Assembly: GCA_964552535.1 (NCBI GenBank)
Contig: CAZKHE010000002.1
Span: 10,711 to 74,710 of the forward strand
Direction of reading: 5' to 3'
From: an uncultured Enterobacteriaceae bacterium
GTDB lineage: Bacteria > Pseudomonadota > Gammaproteobacteria > Burkholderiales > SG8-39
DNA: 64,000 bases
Shown piece after piece: positions 44,644-53,848 of the stretch. Numbering within the stretch: position 1 is the stretch's first letter; every line of letters begins with the position of its first letter. Both the position numbers and the translations under genes were made by a program. The notes beneath the pieces were generated by a model, which did not search any database, had not been told where the DNA came from, and saw only the letters and a list, made by a program, of their open reading frames with translations.

Positions 44644-45252
44644 ATGTCGGGCTGCGGATGCGGTGAGGCGAGCGCCGCACTGGAGCGCAGGACGCTGGCT
44701 GCGCTGCTGGCCATCAACGGCGCGATGTTCGTCGGCGAGGCTGTCGCCGGCTGGTGGGCGCAGTCCGCCGGGCTGCTCGCAGACTCCCTCGACATGCTGG
44801 CCGATGCGCTGGTCTACGGGATCGCCCTGTACGCCGTCGGCCGCGCCGCGCGGTGGCAGGCGGGTGCGGCCAGCGCCAGCGGGGTGCTGCAGCTCGCGCT
44901 CGGCGCCGGGGTGCTCGTCGAGGTCGCGCGGCGATTCGTGCATGGCAGCGAGCCGCTGAGCTTCGCCATGGTCGCCGTCGGGCTGGTGGCCCTCGCCGCC
45001 AATGTCTGGTGCCTGCGGCTCGTCTCGAGGCACCGCGACGGAGGCGTGCACATGCGCGCCTCCTGGATCTTCTCGAGGAACGACGTGGTCGCCAACGCCG
45101 GCGTCATCCTTTCGGGCGTGCTCGTGATGGTGCTCGGGAGCCCGGTCCCGGATCTGGTCATCGGCGCGGTCATCTCGTTCATCGTCATGCGCGGCGGCGT
45201 GCAGATCCTCCGCGAGGCGCACGGCGCCCGTGCGGCCATCGCCAGGACCTAG
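44644..45252 (+). CDS. Cation diffusion facilitator, TM domain only
   Basis: MSGCGCG; LAINGAMF, GLLADSLDMLADA, SRNDVVAN. Confidence 0.88.
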   Translation: MSGCGCGEASAALERRTLAALLAINGAMFVGEAVAGWWAQSAGLLADSLDMLADALVYGIALYAVGRAARWQAGAASASGVLQLALGAGVLVEVARRFVHGSEPLSFAMVAVGLVALAANVWCLRLVSRHRDGGVHMRASWIFSRNDVVANAGVILSGVLVMVLGSPVPDLVIGAVISFIVMRGGVQILREAHGARAAIART

Positions 45253-45267
45253 GAGACGCCGGTGCAG

Positions 45268-45591
45268 ATGTCCGACATTCCCTTCGGCACCACCGACTGG
45301 TCGACGGTCGCGCGAACCGAGCATCGCGGCGAGACGGGCATGGCGTACTGGCGCACCCGGCACTTCGGCGGCATCCGCGTGCGGATGGTGGAGTACTCGC
45401 CCGGATACCTCGCCGACCACTGGTGCGTGAAGGGCCACATCCTGCTGTGCCTCGAAGGCGAGCTGCACACCGAGCTGCGCGACGGGCGCACCTTCGTGCT
45501 GAAGCCGGGCATGAGCTACCAGGTGGCGGACGACGCCGAGCCCCATCGCTCCTCGACCGCCGCCGGCGCCAAGCTCTTCATCGTCGATTGA
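45268..45591 (+). CDS. DHCW-motif cupin protein
   Basis: IPFGTTDWS, YLADHWCVKGH, SYQVADDAEPHRS. Confidence 0.9.
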   Translation: MSDIPFGTTDWSTVARTEHRGETGMAYWRTRHFGGIRVRMVEYSPGYLADHWCVKGHILLCLEGELHTELRDGRTFVLKPGMSYQVADDAEPHRSSTAAGAKLFIVD

Positions 45592-45597
45592 ACGCCC

Positions 45598-45876
45598 ATG
45601 AAGCGCGACGACGAGTCCATTTCCCGCGGCCGGCCCGCCCGCCGCTCGCTCGACGCCCTCGCCCTCGGCCCGACGAAGGGCGCCGTGCTCGCGGTGGTGT
45701 GCATCGTCCTCGGCCTGCTGTTCGCGGCGGGCTGGTTCGAGCCTCCGCCCGATCGCGCGACCATCCCCGGGCGGGACCTGATGATGGCCTTGCTGTGCTG
45801 GGTCATGGCGGCGGTGTTCGCGCGCGCGGCCTACCTCGGCACGAAGCTTCGCGACCGCCGGCGCGGCCGCCGCTGA
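45598..45876 (+). CDS. Small two-TM hypothetical protein
   Basis: 92 aa, two hydrophobic helices, fits the operon. Confidence 0.55.
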   Translation: MKRDDESISRGRPARRSLDALALGPTKGAVLAVVCIVLGLLFAAGWFEPPPDRATIPGRDLMMALLCWVMAAVFARAAYLGTKLRDRRRGRR

Positions 45877-45883
45877 CCGCCCG

Positions 45884-46645
45884 ATGCCGAGCGAAGGGCC
45901 GCTGCTCATCGCCTGGATCGTCGCGACGTTCGTTGTCGCCGGCTTCGTGAAAGGCGTGGTCGGCATGGGCCTCCCCACGGTGGCCATGGGCGTGCTGAGC
46001 GTGGCGATGGCACCGGCGGCCGCGGCCGCCATGCTGGTGGTGCCGTCGCTCGTCACCAACGTTTGGCAGCTCATGGCGGGGCCTGCCTTCGGCGCGATCT
46101 CACGGCGACTCGCCACGATGATGATCGGCGCATTCGGCGGCACCGTGATCGGCATCGGCGTGATCACCGGCAGCTCCGCCGGCCTCGCCGGAGCCGCCCT
46201 CGGTGCCGTGTTGGCGCTGTACGGCGTGGTTGGCCTCGCGGCGCCGCGGTTCACGGTGCCGCGCCGCGCGGAGCCGTGGCTCTCGCCGGTCGTCGGCCTC
46301 GTCACCGGGCTCGTCACCGGCGCCACCGGCGTCTTCGTCGTGCCGGCCGTGCCGTATCTCAACTCGCTCGGCTTCGCGAAGGACGAGTTGATCCAGGCGC
46401 TCGGGCTGTCGTTCACCGTCTCGACGCTCGCACTCGCGACCGCGCTGGCCACGCGCGGACAATTCCAGCTCGCCACGGCGTGGACGTCGGCGCTCGCGGT
46501 GCTGCCCGCGCTCGGCGGCATGTTCCTCGGTCAGCGCGTGCGCGACCGCATGGACCCGGTCGCGTTCCGGCGCGGGTTCTTCGTCGGTCTGATCGCGCTC
46601 GGGCTGTACATGGTGGGGCGGGCGCTGTGGCGGGGGGCGGCATGA
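45884..46645 (+). CDS. TauE/SafE-family membrane protein
   Basis: AGFVKGVVGMGLPT, PSLVTNVWQ, GATGVFVVPAVPYL. Confidence 0.88.
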   Translation: MPSEGPLLIAWIVATFVVAGFVKGVVGMGLPTVAMGVLSVAMAPAAAAAMLVVPSLVTNVWQLMAGPAFGAISRRLATMMIGAFGGTVIGIGVITGSSAGLAGAALGAVLALYGVVGLAAPRFTVPRRAEPWLSPVVGLVTGLVTGATGVFVVPAVPYLNSLGFAKDELIQALGLSFTVSTLALATALATRGQFQLATAWTSALAVLPALGGMFLGQRVRDRMDPVAFRRGFFVGLIALGLYMVGRALWRGAA

Positions 46646-47103
46646 AGGCCCTCGAGCTCAGGATCCCGCCGCCGGTCGTGGCCCTTCTGTGCGGCCTCGG
46701 GATCTGGCTGCTTGCCGAGCATCTGCCCGCGCTCGCCTTCGACGTCCCGGCGCGGGCGTGGGTCGCGGGCGCGCTGGTGCTGGTCGGGCTCACGCTCGAT
46801 CTCGTGTCGCTCGCGCGGTTCTTCCGCACGAGGACGACGGTGAACCCGCTCAACCCGCAAGGCACCTCGGCGCTGGTGACCGGCGGCCTGTACCGGCTCA
46901 CGCGCAACCCGATGTACGTCGGGCTGCTCCTCGTGCTCACCGGGTATGCGGCATGGAAGGCGAATGTCGCGGGATTTGCGATGATCGCGGTGTTCGTGGC
47001 GTATCTCACACGCTTCCAGATCATGCCCGAGGAGCGCGTGCTGGCCGCGAAGTTCGGCGCCGAGTACGACGCCTACCGCCGGCGGGTACGGCGCTGGCTG
47101 TGA
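46642..47103 (+). CDS. Isoprenylcysteine carboxyl methyltransferase / PEMT-family protein
   Basis: TTVNPLNP, GLYRLTRNPMYVG, QIMPEERVL, YDAYRRRVRRWL. Confidence 0.9.
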   Translation: MKALELRIPPPVVALLCGLGIWLLAEHLPALAFDVPARAWVAGALVLVGLTLDLVSLARFFRTRTTVNPLNPQGTSALVTGGLYRLTRNPMYVGLLLVLTGYAAWKANVAGFAMIAVFVAYLTRFQIMPEERVLAAKFGAEYDAYRRRVRRWL

Positions 47104-47141
47104 CCGACGCCGCCTTCGGCCGTTGCGAGGACCGGACCCTG

Positions 47142-47966
47142 ATGCTCCGCACGCTGCTGACCTGCGCGCTCGCGCTCACCGTCGCCGGCTGTGCCAGCCT
47201 GTCCCCGGCGCCGTCGACCTTGATCGTGAAGGGCGAGCTCACCTATGCCGGGCGGATCGTCCTGCCCGGCAGTGCTCAGGCGCTCGTCGAGGTGCGCGAC
47301 GCGTCGCAGCCGGAGGGCCGCGGCGTCGTGGCGGAGCGGCGCATCGACCTGCGCGGACGGCAGGTCCCCATCGCGTTCGAGCTCGCCGTGGACCCGGGGA
47401 CACTCGACCCAGGCAGGCGATACGCCGCGCGCGGCGGCATCACCATCGCCGGGCGTCCGGCGTGGGCGACGGCATCCATCCCGCTCGAGGCGCGCAGCGG
47501 TGTCGTCGATCTCGGCACCCTCGTGATGCAGCCGGTGCGGCTGCAGGCCTTACCCACGACGTCCGGGCGACTTTCGGTGCGCGGCCGCGCGTATCCGGAG
47601 TGCCGGATCGTCGAGGCCTCGGGCGCGGACCTGCAGGGCGTCGAGTGGGTCGTGGAGGACATCGACGGCGGCGGCATCATCGACCGCTCGCGCGCCACGC
47701 TCGTGTTCGGCGCGGGCGGACGCCTGAACGGGCGCGGGTCGTGCAATACGTACACCGGCGGCTACGTCGCGGACGGCGACACGCTGAAGATCGCGGACGT
47801 GGCCAGTACCATGAGGGCGTGCGCGCCCTCGCTCATGCACCAGGAGGCAAAGTTCCACGCCGTGCTGAAGAATGTGACGCGATTCGAGTTCCGCGCCGAT
47901 GGCGCGCTGGTGCTGCACGCCGACGACCGGCGCAGCATCGTCGCGCGACGCGGCGGACCGGCATGA
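47142..47966 (+). CDS. Lipoprotein with YbaY-like and META (HslJ) domains
   Basis: Lipobox VAG-C; QVPIAFEL; EWVVEDIDG, GRGSCNTYTG, STMRAC. Confidence 0.85.
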   Translation: MLRTLLTCALALTVAGCASLSPAPSTLIVKGELTYAGRIVLPGSAQALVEVRDASQPEGRGVVAERRIDLRGRQVPIAFELAVDPGTLDPGRRYAARGGITIAGRPAWATASIPLEARSGVVDLGTLVMQPVRLQALPTTSGRLSVRGRAYPECRIVEASGADLQGVEWVVEDIDGGGIIDRSRATLVFGAGGRLNGRGSCNTYTGGYVADGDTLKIADVASTMRACAPSLMHQEAKFHAVLKNVTRFEFRADGALVLHADDRRSIVARRGGPA

Positions 47967-48526
47967 CCCTCGACGCGGACGGGGTCATCGGCCGCACGCG
48001 CGCGTGGATCGAGCGCGCGGTGATCGGCCTCAACCTGTGTCCGTTCGCCAAGGCGGTCTACGTGAAGGAGCGCATCCGGTACGTGGTGAGCGACGCGGAG
48101 ACGCCGGAGGCGCTGCTCGCGGACCTGGAGCGCGAGCTCGCACACCTTGCCGCGGTGCCGGCGGAGGAGACCGACACGACGCTGCTGATCCATCCGCACG
48201 TCCTGCAGGACTTCCTCGACTACAACGACTTCCTCGACGAGGCGGACGCGGCGGTCGAGCGGCTGGACCTCGGCGGCGCGCTGCAGGTGGCGAGCTTCCA
48301 CCCCCAGTACCAGTTCGCGGAGACGAAGCCCGACGACGTCACCAATTGCACCAACCGCTCGCCCTATCCGACGCTGCACCTGCTGCGCGAGGCGAGCGTG
48401 GACGAGGCGGTCGCGGCGTTTCCGGATGCGGACGAAATCTACCTGCGCAACATGCAGACGCTCCGTCGCCTGGGTCGCGCGGGGTGGGAAGCGCTCGACG
48501 TCGGGCCGCCCGCCACCGAGCACTAG
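47963..48526 (+). CDS. DUF1415 protein
   Basis: VIGLNLCPFA, QVASFHPQYQF, TNRSPYPTLHLLRE. Confidence 0.92.
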   Translation: MTLDADGVIGRTRAWIERAVIGLNLCPFAKAVYVKERIRYVVSDAETPEALLADLERELAHLAAVPAEETDTTLLIHPHVLQDFLDYNDFLDEADAAVERLDLGGALQVASFHPQYQFAETKPDDVTNCTNRSPYPTLHLLREASVDEAVAAFPDADEIYLRNMQTLRRLGRAGWEALDVGPPATEH

Positions 48527-48533
48527 GCCGGGG

Positions 48534-49454
48534 TCAGACGACCCGCCGCTCCTGCAGCACCTGCGGCAGGGCGAGCAGCGCGCCGGCGCGGATCGCCGCG
48601 CGCCGGTCGTGGCGGGCGAGCCGGTGGAGCGCGCGGCCGCCCGGATTGGCCGCCTTGCCGGTCAGGCGCAGGAACCAGTACCAGGCGTCCGGATTCTGGC
48701 GCATGAACTGCAGGGTTCCGCGTGCCTGGGTGCGGATGTACTCGTGATGCGACGTGTGGTCGTCCAGCCCGGCTTCATGGTGGACGGCGTGCATGAGTTC
48801 ATGCCAGAAGATGACGGCAAGGTGCGGGCCTTCCAGGATGCACGAGTACTCCAGCACGCGGTTGGCGACGTCGCACTGCGCCCACCGGCGGAGCCGGTTG
48901 GTGGTGGCCACCGACAGGAACTTCACCCGCCACAGGTGGCGGCCGACCTTCACCTCGCGCGGCGCGAACACCGCGATCATCCCCTGGAAGCGCTTGAGCG
49001 TGGATGCGTAGAACGCCTCCACAGGGAACAGCATCTTGCCGTCGTCGCAGACGAGGGCGTTGAACCAGGCCCAGACGTCGGGGTTGTCGCGGACGAACTG
49101 CACCAGCGCCGCGGCGTACCCGTGCGCGTAGGCGCCTTCGGACGAGCGGTCGTGATCGAGGCCGCTGGTGTAGTGCATGAGCGCCACGACGCGGCGCCAG
49201 AAATGCTCGGCCAGGCGGCGGCCGGCGAGTGACTTGTCGAGCTTGATGACCTGCAGGTTGCAGCAGGACTCGGACAGGCGGTTCTTGGCGGCGAAGTCGG
49301 TGCGCGTCGCCCAGACCACGGCAAGCGAGTAGGGTCCGATCTTCACCGACCATGGGATGACGAGCTCGCCGGCGAGCGGCGGCGGCATGCGGCCGGCGAT
49401 GGCGGCGGCGCGAAGGCTGCGTGCGGCGCGGTACGCGAGCGTAGGCCGTTGCAT
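48534..49454 (-). CDS. Tandem two-domain zincin-like (HEXXH) protein with first copy degenerate
   Basis: Paired motifs VKIGPYS/VKVGRHL, FWRRVVALMH/FWHELMHAVH, QFVRDNPDVW/QFMRQNPDAW; start uncertain (49523, 49454 or 49388). Confidence 0.75.
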   Translation of the reverse strand: MQRPTLAYRAARSLRAAAIAGRMPPPLAGELVIPWSVKIGPYSLAVVWATRTDFAAKNRLSESCCNLQVIKLDKSLAGRRLAEHFWRRVVALMHYTSGLDHDRSSEGAYAHGYAAALVQFVRDNPDVWAWFNALVCDDGKMLFPVEAFYASTLKRFQGMIAVFAPREVKVGRHLWRVKFLSVATTNRLRRWAQCDVANRVLEYSCILEGPHLAVIFWHELMHAVHHEAGLDDHTSHHEYIRTQARGTLQFMRQNPDAWYWFLRLTGKAANPGGRALHRLARHDRRAAIRAGALLALPQVLQERRVV

Positions 49455-49521
49455 GAGCGGTACTCCGAAAAGCGGTTGCGGGTTGCGTGCGGGCCGGGGG
49501 AAGAGCGCTGCCGCCAGAGGC

Positions 49522-49544
49522 AAGTCCTTGTTCGTCTAGGACTT
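49522..49544. promoter_or_regulatory. Inverted repeat AAGTCCT-N9-AGGACTT in the divergent intergenic region
   Basis: Perfect 7-bp arms; half-site GCAAGTCC repeated at 49582-49589. Confidence 0.45.
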
Positions 49545-49674
49545 TTCGAACGGGGCGGGCGGCCCGGTGATCTATTCTGCCGCAAGTCCGGATTTCTCTC
49601 CCGGCGCCGGGTCGCACGTCCGGACGGCCGCCGGACGCGTATCTTGCAGGGATTAAGTCACACGGGGACGCACC

Positions 49675-50235
49675 ATGGACCGCCGCAGTGCACTGAAGAC
49701 GTTGTTCGCAGGCAGCGCCGCCGCCGCGCTCGCCGCCTGTCGCAGCGAAGCGCAGACGCTCGCCGCGCCGAAAGGCGTCGAGACGCTGCAAGCGAACTGG
49801 AAATCATTTCTGCCGCCGGGGGCGCAGGTGCCCTCGCCTGCCGAGCCGCTCAAGCTCGCGGACGCGGAGTGGCGCAAGCGCCTGGACAAGCCGCAGTACT
49901 ACGTGCTGCGCGAAGAAGGCACCGAGCGACCGGGGTCGAGCCCGCTCAACGACGAGAAGCGCGCCGGCGTCTTCGCCTGCGCCGGGTGCGGCCTGCCGCT
50001 CTTCACCTCGGCGATGAAGTACGACAGCGGCACCGGCTGGCCGAGCTTCTTCACCACCATCCCCGGCGTGTTCGGCACCAAGCGCGACTTCAAGTTGGTG
50101 CTGCCGCGCACGGAGTACCACTGCACCCGTTGCGGCGGCCACCACGGCCATGTGTTCGACGACGGCCCCGCGCCGACCGGCCAGCGGTGGTGCAACAACG
50201 GCGTCGCGTTGCGCTTCCTGCCGCAGGCCGGCTGA
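49675..50235 (+). CDS. msrB: Peptide methionine (R)-sulfoxide reductase, Tat-exported
   Basis: MDRRSALK Tat signal; YYVLREEGTERP, CAGC, KYDSGTGWPSF, CTRCGGHHGHVFDDGP, RWCNNG. Confidence 0.95.
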   Translation: MDRRSALKTLFAGSAAAALAACRSEAQTLAAPKGVETLQANWKSFLPPGAQVPSPAEPLKLADAEWRKRLDKPQYYVLREEGTERPGSSPLNDEKRAGVFACAGCGLPLFTSAMKYDSGTGWPSFFTTIPGVFGTKRDFKLVLPRTEYHCTRCGGHHGHVFDDGPAPTGQRWCNNGVALRFLPQAG

Positions 50236-50251
50236 TCGGCGCGGGCGCGGC

Positions 50252-50467
50252 TCAGGCGGGACGCAGCGGTGCCGGCCGACGCGCCACGTAGGCCAGGACG
50301 GCGGCCACCGGCAGCAGCGCACCGCCGACCATGCGCAGCGTGCTCTCGGTGACGCCCACCAGCGGCGCGACGAGGCTTGCGTCGGCGAGCAGGACGGCGC
50401 CGGCCACTGCGCAGAGGATCGCATCGGCGAGCAGCAGGCGGCGCATGAGGGGTGACGACAGGTTCAT
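50252..50467 (-). pseudogene. Apparently truncated membrane protein (two TM, 71 aa)
   Basis: LMRRLLLADAILCAVAG...LLPVAAVLAYVARRPAP*; in my recollection, homologues divergent from MmyB-type regulators continue for two more helices. Confidence 0.45.
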
Positions 50468-50557
50468 GGTGGCACTCCTTTCGGATCGTTGGCGGCTTCC
50501 GGCACCCGTGCCGTGAAGCCATGACCGCGATGCTGCGCGGGACGCGGCATGCGGTCG

Positions 50558-50574
50558 ATGACCTCGCAGGTAAT
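50558..50574. promoter_or_regulatory. Palindromic operator ATGACCT-cgc-AGGTAAT
   Basis: Near-perfect dyad between the XRE/MmyB regulator and its divergent partner. Confidence 0.55.
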
Positions 50575-50607
50575 GGAAGCGCTGCGGCGCTGCGCTATCG
50601 TTGCGCC

Positions 50608-51393
50608 ATGAGCGCCGTCCTTGCCAGCACCTTTGGCGAGCAGCTCCGCGCGTGGCGCCAGCGCCGGCGCATGAGCCAGCTCGACCTGGCCGCCGAGGCC
50701 GACACCTCGACGCGGCACTTGAGCTTTCTCGAAACCGGCCGGGCGACGCCGAGCCGCGAGATGGTGCTGCGCCTCGCCGAGCGCTTGGACGTGCCGCTGC
50801 GGGAACGCAATGCGCTGCTCGTCGCCGCGGGCTACGCCCCGATGTATGCGCAGCGGCCGCTCGCCGACCCGTCGATGGCCGAAGCCCGGCACGCGGTGGA
50901 GCTCGTGCTCGCCGGCCACGAGCCGTATCCGGCGTTGGCGGTCGATCGTTCGTGGACGCTGATCCTCGCCAATCGCGCGGTCGCCCCGCTGCTCGCCGGC
51001 GTCGATCCGGCATTGCTCGAGCCGCCGGTCAACGTCCTGCGGCTGAGCCTGCATCCGCGCGGTCTGGCGCCGCGCATCGCCAACCTCGGCGCATGGCGCG
51101 CGCACCTGCTCGCGCGCCTGCGCCGCGACCGCGCGGTGGGCGGCGATGCGCGGATCGGCGCGTTGCTGGAGGAACTGCGCGGCTATCCCGGCGATGCGGC
51201 GCCGCACGACGAGCAGGACACGCCGGGCGTCGCGGTGCCCTTCGTGCTCCGGACCGACCGCGGCCTGCTCTCGTTCATCAGCACCATCACGGTCTTCGGG
51301 ACGCCCCTGGACGTCACCCTGTCGGAGCTCGCGATCGAGTCGTTCTTCCCCGCCGACGCGGCGACCGCGGAACGACTGCGCGAAGGGGCCTAG
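50608..51393 (+). CDS. XRE-family HTH regulator with MmyB-like ligand-binding domain
   Basis: LRAWRQRRRMSQLDLA, HLSFLETGR, HEPYPALAVDR, NVLRLSLHP, ELAIESFFPAD. Confidence 0.93.
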   Translation: MSAVLASTFGEQLRAWRQRRRMSQLDLAAEADTSTRHLSFLETGRATPSREMVLRLAERLDVPLRERNALLVAAGYAPMYAQRPLADPSMAEARHAVELVLAGHEPYPALAVDRSWTLILANRAVAPLLAGVDPALLEPPVNVLRLSLHPRGLAPRIANLGAWRAHLLARLRRDRAVGGDARIGALLEELRGYPGDAAPHDEQDTPGVAVPFVLRTDRGLLSFISTITVFGTPLDVTLSELAIESFFPADAATAERLREGA

Positions 51394-51465
51394 CGGCGCA
51401 TCGCGCGACGGGGCTTCCCGACAGCCTGTTAGCATGTCGGCCGCCGAACGCCTCCGCTGAACACC

Positions 51466-51960
51466 GTGCTCCTGATCCGCCCCTGCCGTCCGGACGACTT
51501 CGACGCCATCCACGCCATCATCAACGACGCCGCGCAGGCCTATCGCGGCGTCATTCCCGCGGACCGGTGGCACGACCCCTACATGACGCGCGAGGCGCTC
51601 GCGGCGGAGATCGCCGACGGCGTGGCGTTCTCCGGCGCCGAGGTCGACGGCGCCCTCGCGGGTGTGATGGGCATCCAGGACCGCGGCGAGGTCGCGCTGG
51701 TGCGCCACGCCTACGTGCGCACCGCCGTGCGCCGGGGCGGCATCGGGTCCGCGTTGCTCGCCCACGTCGAAGGGCTCGCCGGCAAGCCGATCCTCATCGG
51801 CACCTGGGCCGCCGCCGACTGGGCGATCCGGTTCTACGAGAAGCACGGCTATCGCCAGGTGACGCCGGCGGAAAAGGACGTGCTGCTCCCGCGCTACTGG
51901 CGCATCCCGGCGCGCCAGGTGGAGACGTCGGTCGTGCTCGCGAGTCCCTCGTACCGATGA
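51466..51960 (+). CDS. GNAT N-acetyltransferase
   Basis: YRGVIPADRWHDPYM, RRGGIGSALL, WAIRFYEKHGY. Confidence 0.9.
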   Translation: MLLIRPCRPDDFDAIHAIINDAAQAYRGVIPADRWHDPYMTREALAAEIADGVAFSGAEVDGALAGVMGIQDRGEVALVRHAYVRTAVRRGGIGSALLAHVEGLAGKPILIGTWAAADWAIRFYEKHGYRQVTPAEKDVLLPRYWRIPARQVETSVVLASPSYR

Positions 51961-52913
51961 AGTCGGCCGCCGCCGGGACGCTGACGCGGCGGGACGTGTG
52001 GGTCGGCATGCTGCTGTATCCCGCGCACACCCTGCCCACTGCGGCCGGCCCGGTGCTCGTTTCCGTCGGCCTCGCCCTGCACGACGGCGTGTTCGTCCCA
52101 TGGGCGGCGCTCGCCGCGTTCGCATCGGGCTGGCTGGTGCAGCTCGGTGGCGTGTTCACCGACAACTACCAGAACCTCTCGCGCCACCCGGACGACGAGG
52201 AGCACGCCGACTTCGTGCAGGCGGTGGCGACCGGCCTCATCTCGCTGGCGGAGATCCGCCGCGCCATCCATGCGTGCTATGCCGCCGCCATTCTCATCGG
52301 CCTCACGCTGGTGCCGGCGGGCGGCGTGCCCATCCTCGTCATCGGCGGCGTCGCGATCATCGCGAGCCTCGCCTACTCCGCCGGGCCGTTCCCGCTCGGC
52401 GACCGGGCGCTCGGCGACCCGCTGTTCTTCCTGTGCTTCGGGCCGCTCTCGGTGCTGGGCGGCTATTACGCGCAGGCGGCGGTGGCGGCCGGGGGGACGT
52501 TCCCGCTGTGGCCGCCGGCCGGCGCCCTGCCGCTCGAGGCGCTCGTCGCCGGCCTCGCCTTCGGCGCGCTCATCACCAACATCCTCGTCATCGACAACAT
52601 CCGCGACCTCGACTACGACCGCTCGAAGAACGAGTGGACCATCGCCGTGCTCATCGGTCCGACGTGGAGCCGCGTCGAGTTCGTCGCGCTCTATCTCTTC
52701 GCCTACGCGGTGCCGCTGTGGTTTCTCGCTCGCGGCTGGGGGCCGGCGGTGCTGCTGCCCTGGCTCACCGCGCCGCTGGCCGTCGTCGTGGCGCGCCGCG
52801 TGATCGGTGCGCCAAGCCGGGAGGCGATGATGCCGCTCACGCCCCAGGCCGGGGTGGTGATGCTCGCGTACGCGGTGCTGCTCGCCATCGGCCTCGGATG
52901 GGGGCGCCCGTGA
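51957..52913 (+). CDS. menA: UbiA-family prenyltransferase, MenA-like
   Basis: PAHTLPTAAGPV, AYSAGPFPLG, LGDPLFFLCFG, NIRDLDYDRSKNEWTIAV; assignment to MenA is tentative. Confidence 0.7.
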   Translation: MKSAAAGTLTRRDVWVGMLLYPAHTLPTAAGPVLVSVGLALHDGVFVPWAALAAFASGWLVQLGGVFTDNYQNLSRHPDDEEHADFVQAVATGLISLAEIRRAIHACYAAAILIGLTLVPAGGVPILVIGGVAIIASLAYSAGPFPLGDRALGDPLFFLCFGPLSVLGGYYAQAAVAAGGTFPLWPPAGALPLEALVAGLAFGALITNILVIDNIRDLDYDRSKNEWTIAVLIGPTWSRVEFVALYLFAYAVPLWFLARGWGPAVLLPWLTAPLAVVVARRVIGAPSREAMMPLTPQAGVVMLAYAVLLAIGLGWGRP

Positions 52914-53848
52914 GCGCGGGCATCCTCGGCCTCATGGTCGTCAACACGCTGCTGCCGCTGCTCGCGCTCTGGTGGCTGATCGCGCCGCAGCGCGCCGGAC
53001 GGCTCGAGTGGGCGGCGAAGACGCTCCTCATCCTCGCGTATCTGTTCTGCGTGACCTACGCGAGCGTCTGGCTGGTGCCCTCGGTGTATGCGCCGTCCGC
53101 GTACTTCGTGCTGTACGTCATTGCCGTGGGGCTCTCGTGGCTCAGCGTGCGCCAGCGGCCGTGGCCGCTTGCCTCCGGCGGGGCCCGCGCGCGCGTCGGC
53201 CTGTATCTCGCGTTCGCCGTGGTGTTCGTCGGCATCGGCCTGTACGGCCGGGCGGGGCGGGAGGCGCCGGACGCGGACACCATCGCGCTCGACTTCCCGC
53301 TGCGAGACGGGCGCTTCTACGTCGCGAGCGGTGGTTCCAATCGCGCGGTCAACTATCACTTCGACGCGCCGCAGCGCTATCGCGGGCAGTCGCTCGGCCT
53401 CGACATCGTCGCCTTCGATCGGCTGGGACAGCGCGCGGCGGGGCTGAAGCCCGCCGACCCCGAGGCCTACACGGTGTTCGGTCTGCCGGTGTACGCGCCG
53501 TGCGACGGGCGGGTGAAGCACGTCGTCGACGGACTCCCCAACCAGTCGCCGCCGGATGCCGACGCGGCCCATCTCGCCGGCAACCACGTCGTGCTGGCCT
53601 GCGGGGCGGCGGAAATCGTGCTCGCGCACCTGCGCGAGCGATCGATCGAGGTGAAGGCGGGCGACCTCGTGCAGCGCGGCCAGCGCCTCGGCGCCGTCGG
53701 CAATTCGGGCAACAGCAGCGAACCGCACCTGCACCTCCACGCCCAGCGCGCAGGCGACGGCGATCCGCTGCTCGACCGCGAGCCCCTCGCCATGACCTTC
53801 GGCGGCCGCAGCCTCTCCCGTGGCATCGTGCGGCTGGAGGCGCAGTGA
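52910..53848 (+). CDS. Membrane-anchored M23 metallopeptidase
   Basis: LGLDIV, AGNHVVL, LAHL, GNSGNSSEPHLHLH. Confidence 0.9.
   Translation: MSAGILGLMVVNTLLPLLALWWLIAPQRAGRLEWAAKTLLILAYLFCVTYASVWLVPSVYAPSAYFVLYVIAVGLSWLSVRQRPWPLASGGARARVGLYLAFAVVFVGIGLYGRAGREAPDADTIALDFPLRDGRFYVASGGSNRAVNYHFDAPQRYRGQSLGLDIVAFDRLGQRAAGLKPADPEAYTVFGLPVYAPCDGRVKHVVDGLPNQSPPDADAAHLAGNHVVLACGAAEIVLAHLRERSIEVKAGDLVQRGQRLGAVGNSGNSSEPHLHLHAQRAGDGDPLLDREPLAMTFGGRSLSRGIVRLEAQ

Noticed and set aside
49610-49650. ECF promoter before msrB (gcgtatcttgcag resembles gcgtacttgcag at the catalase gene)
   Set aside because: No acceptable -35 box at 16-17 bp
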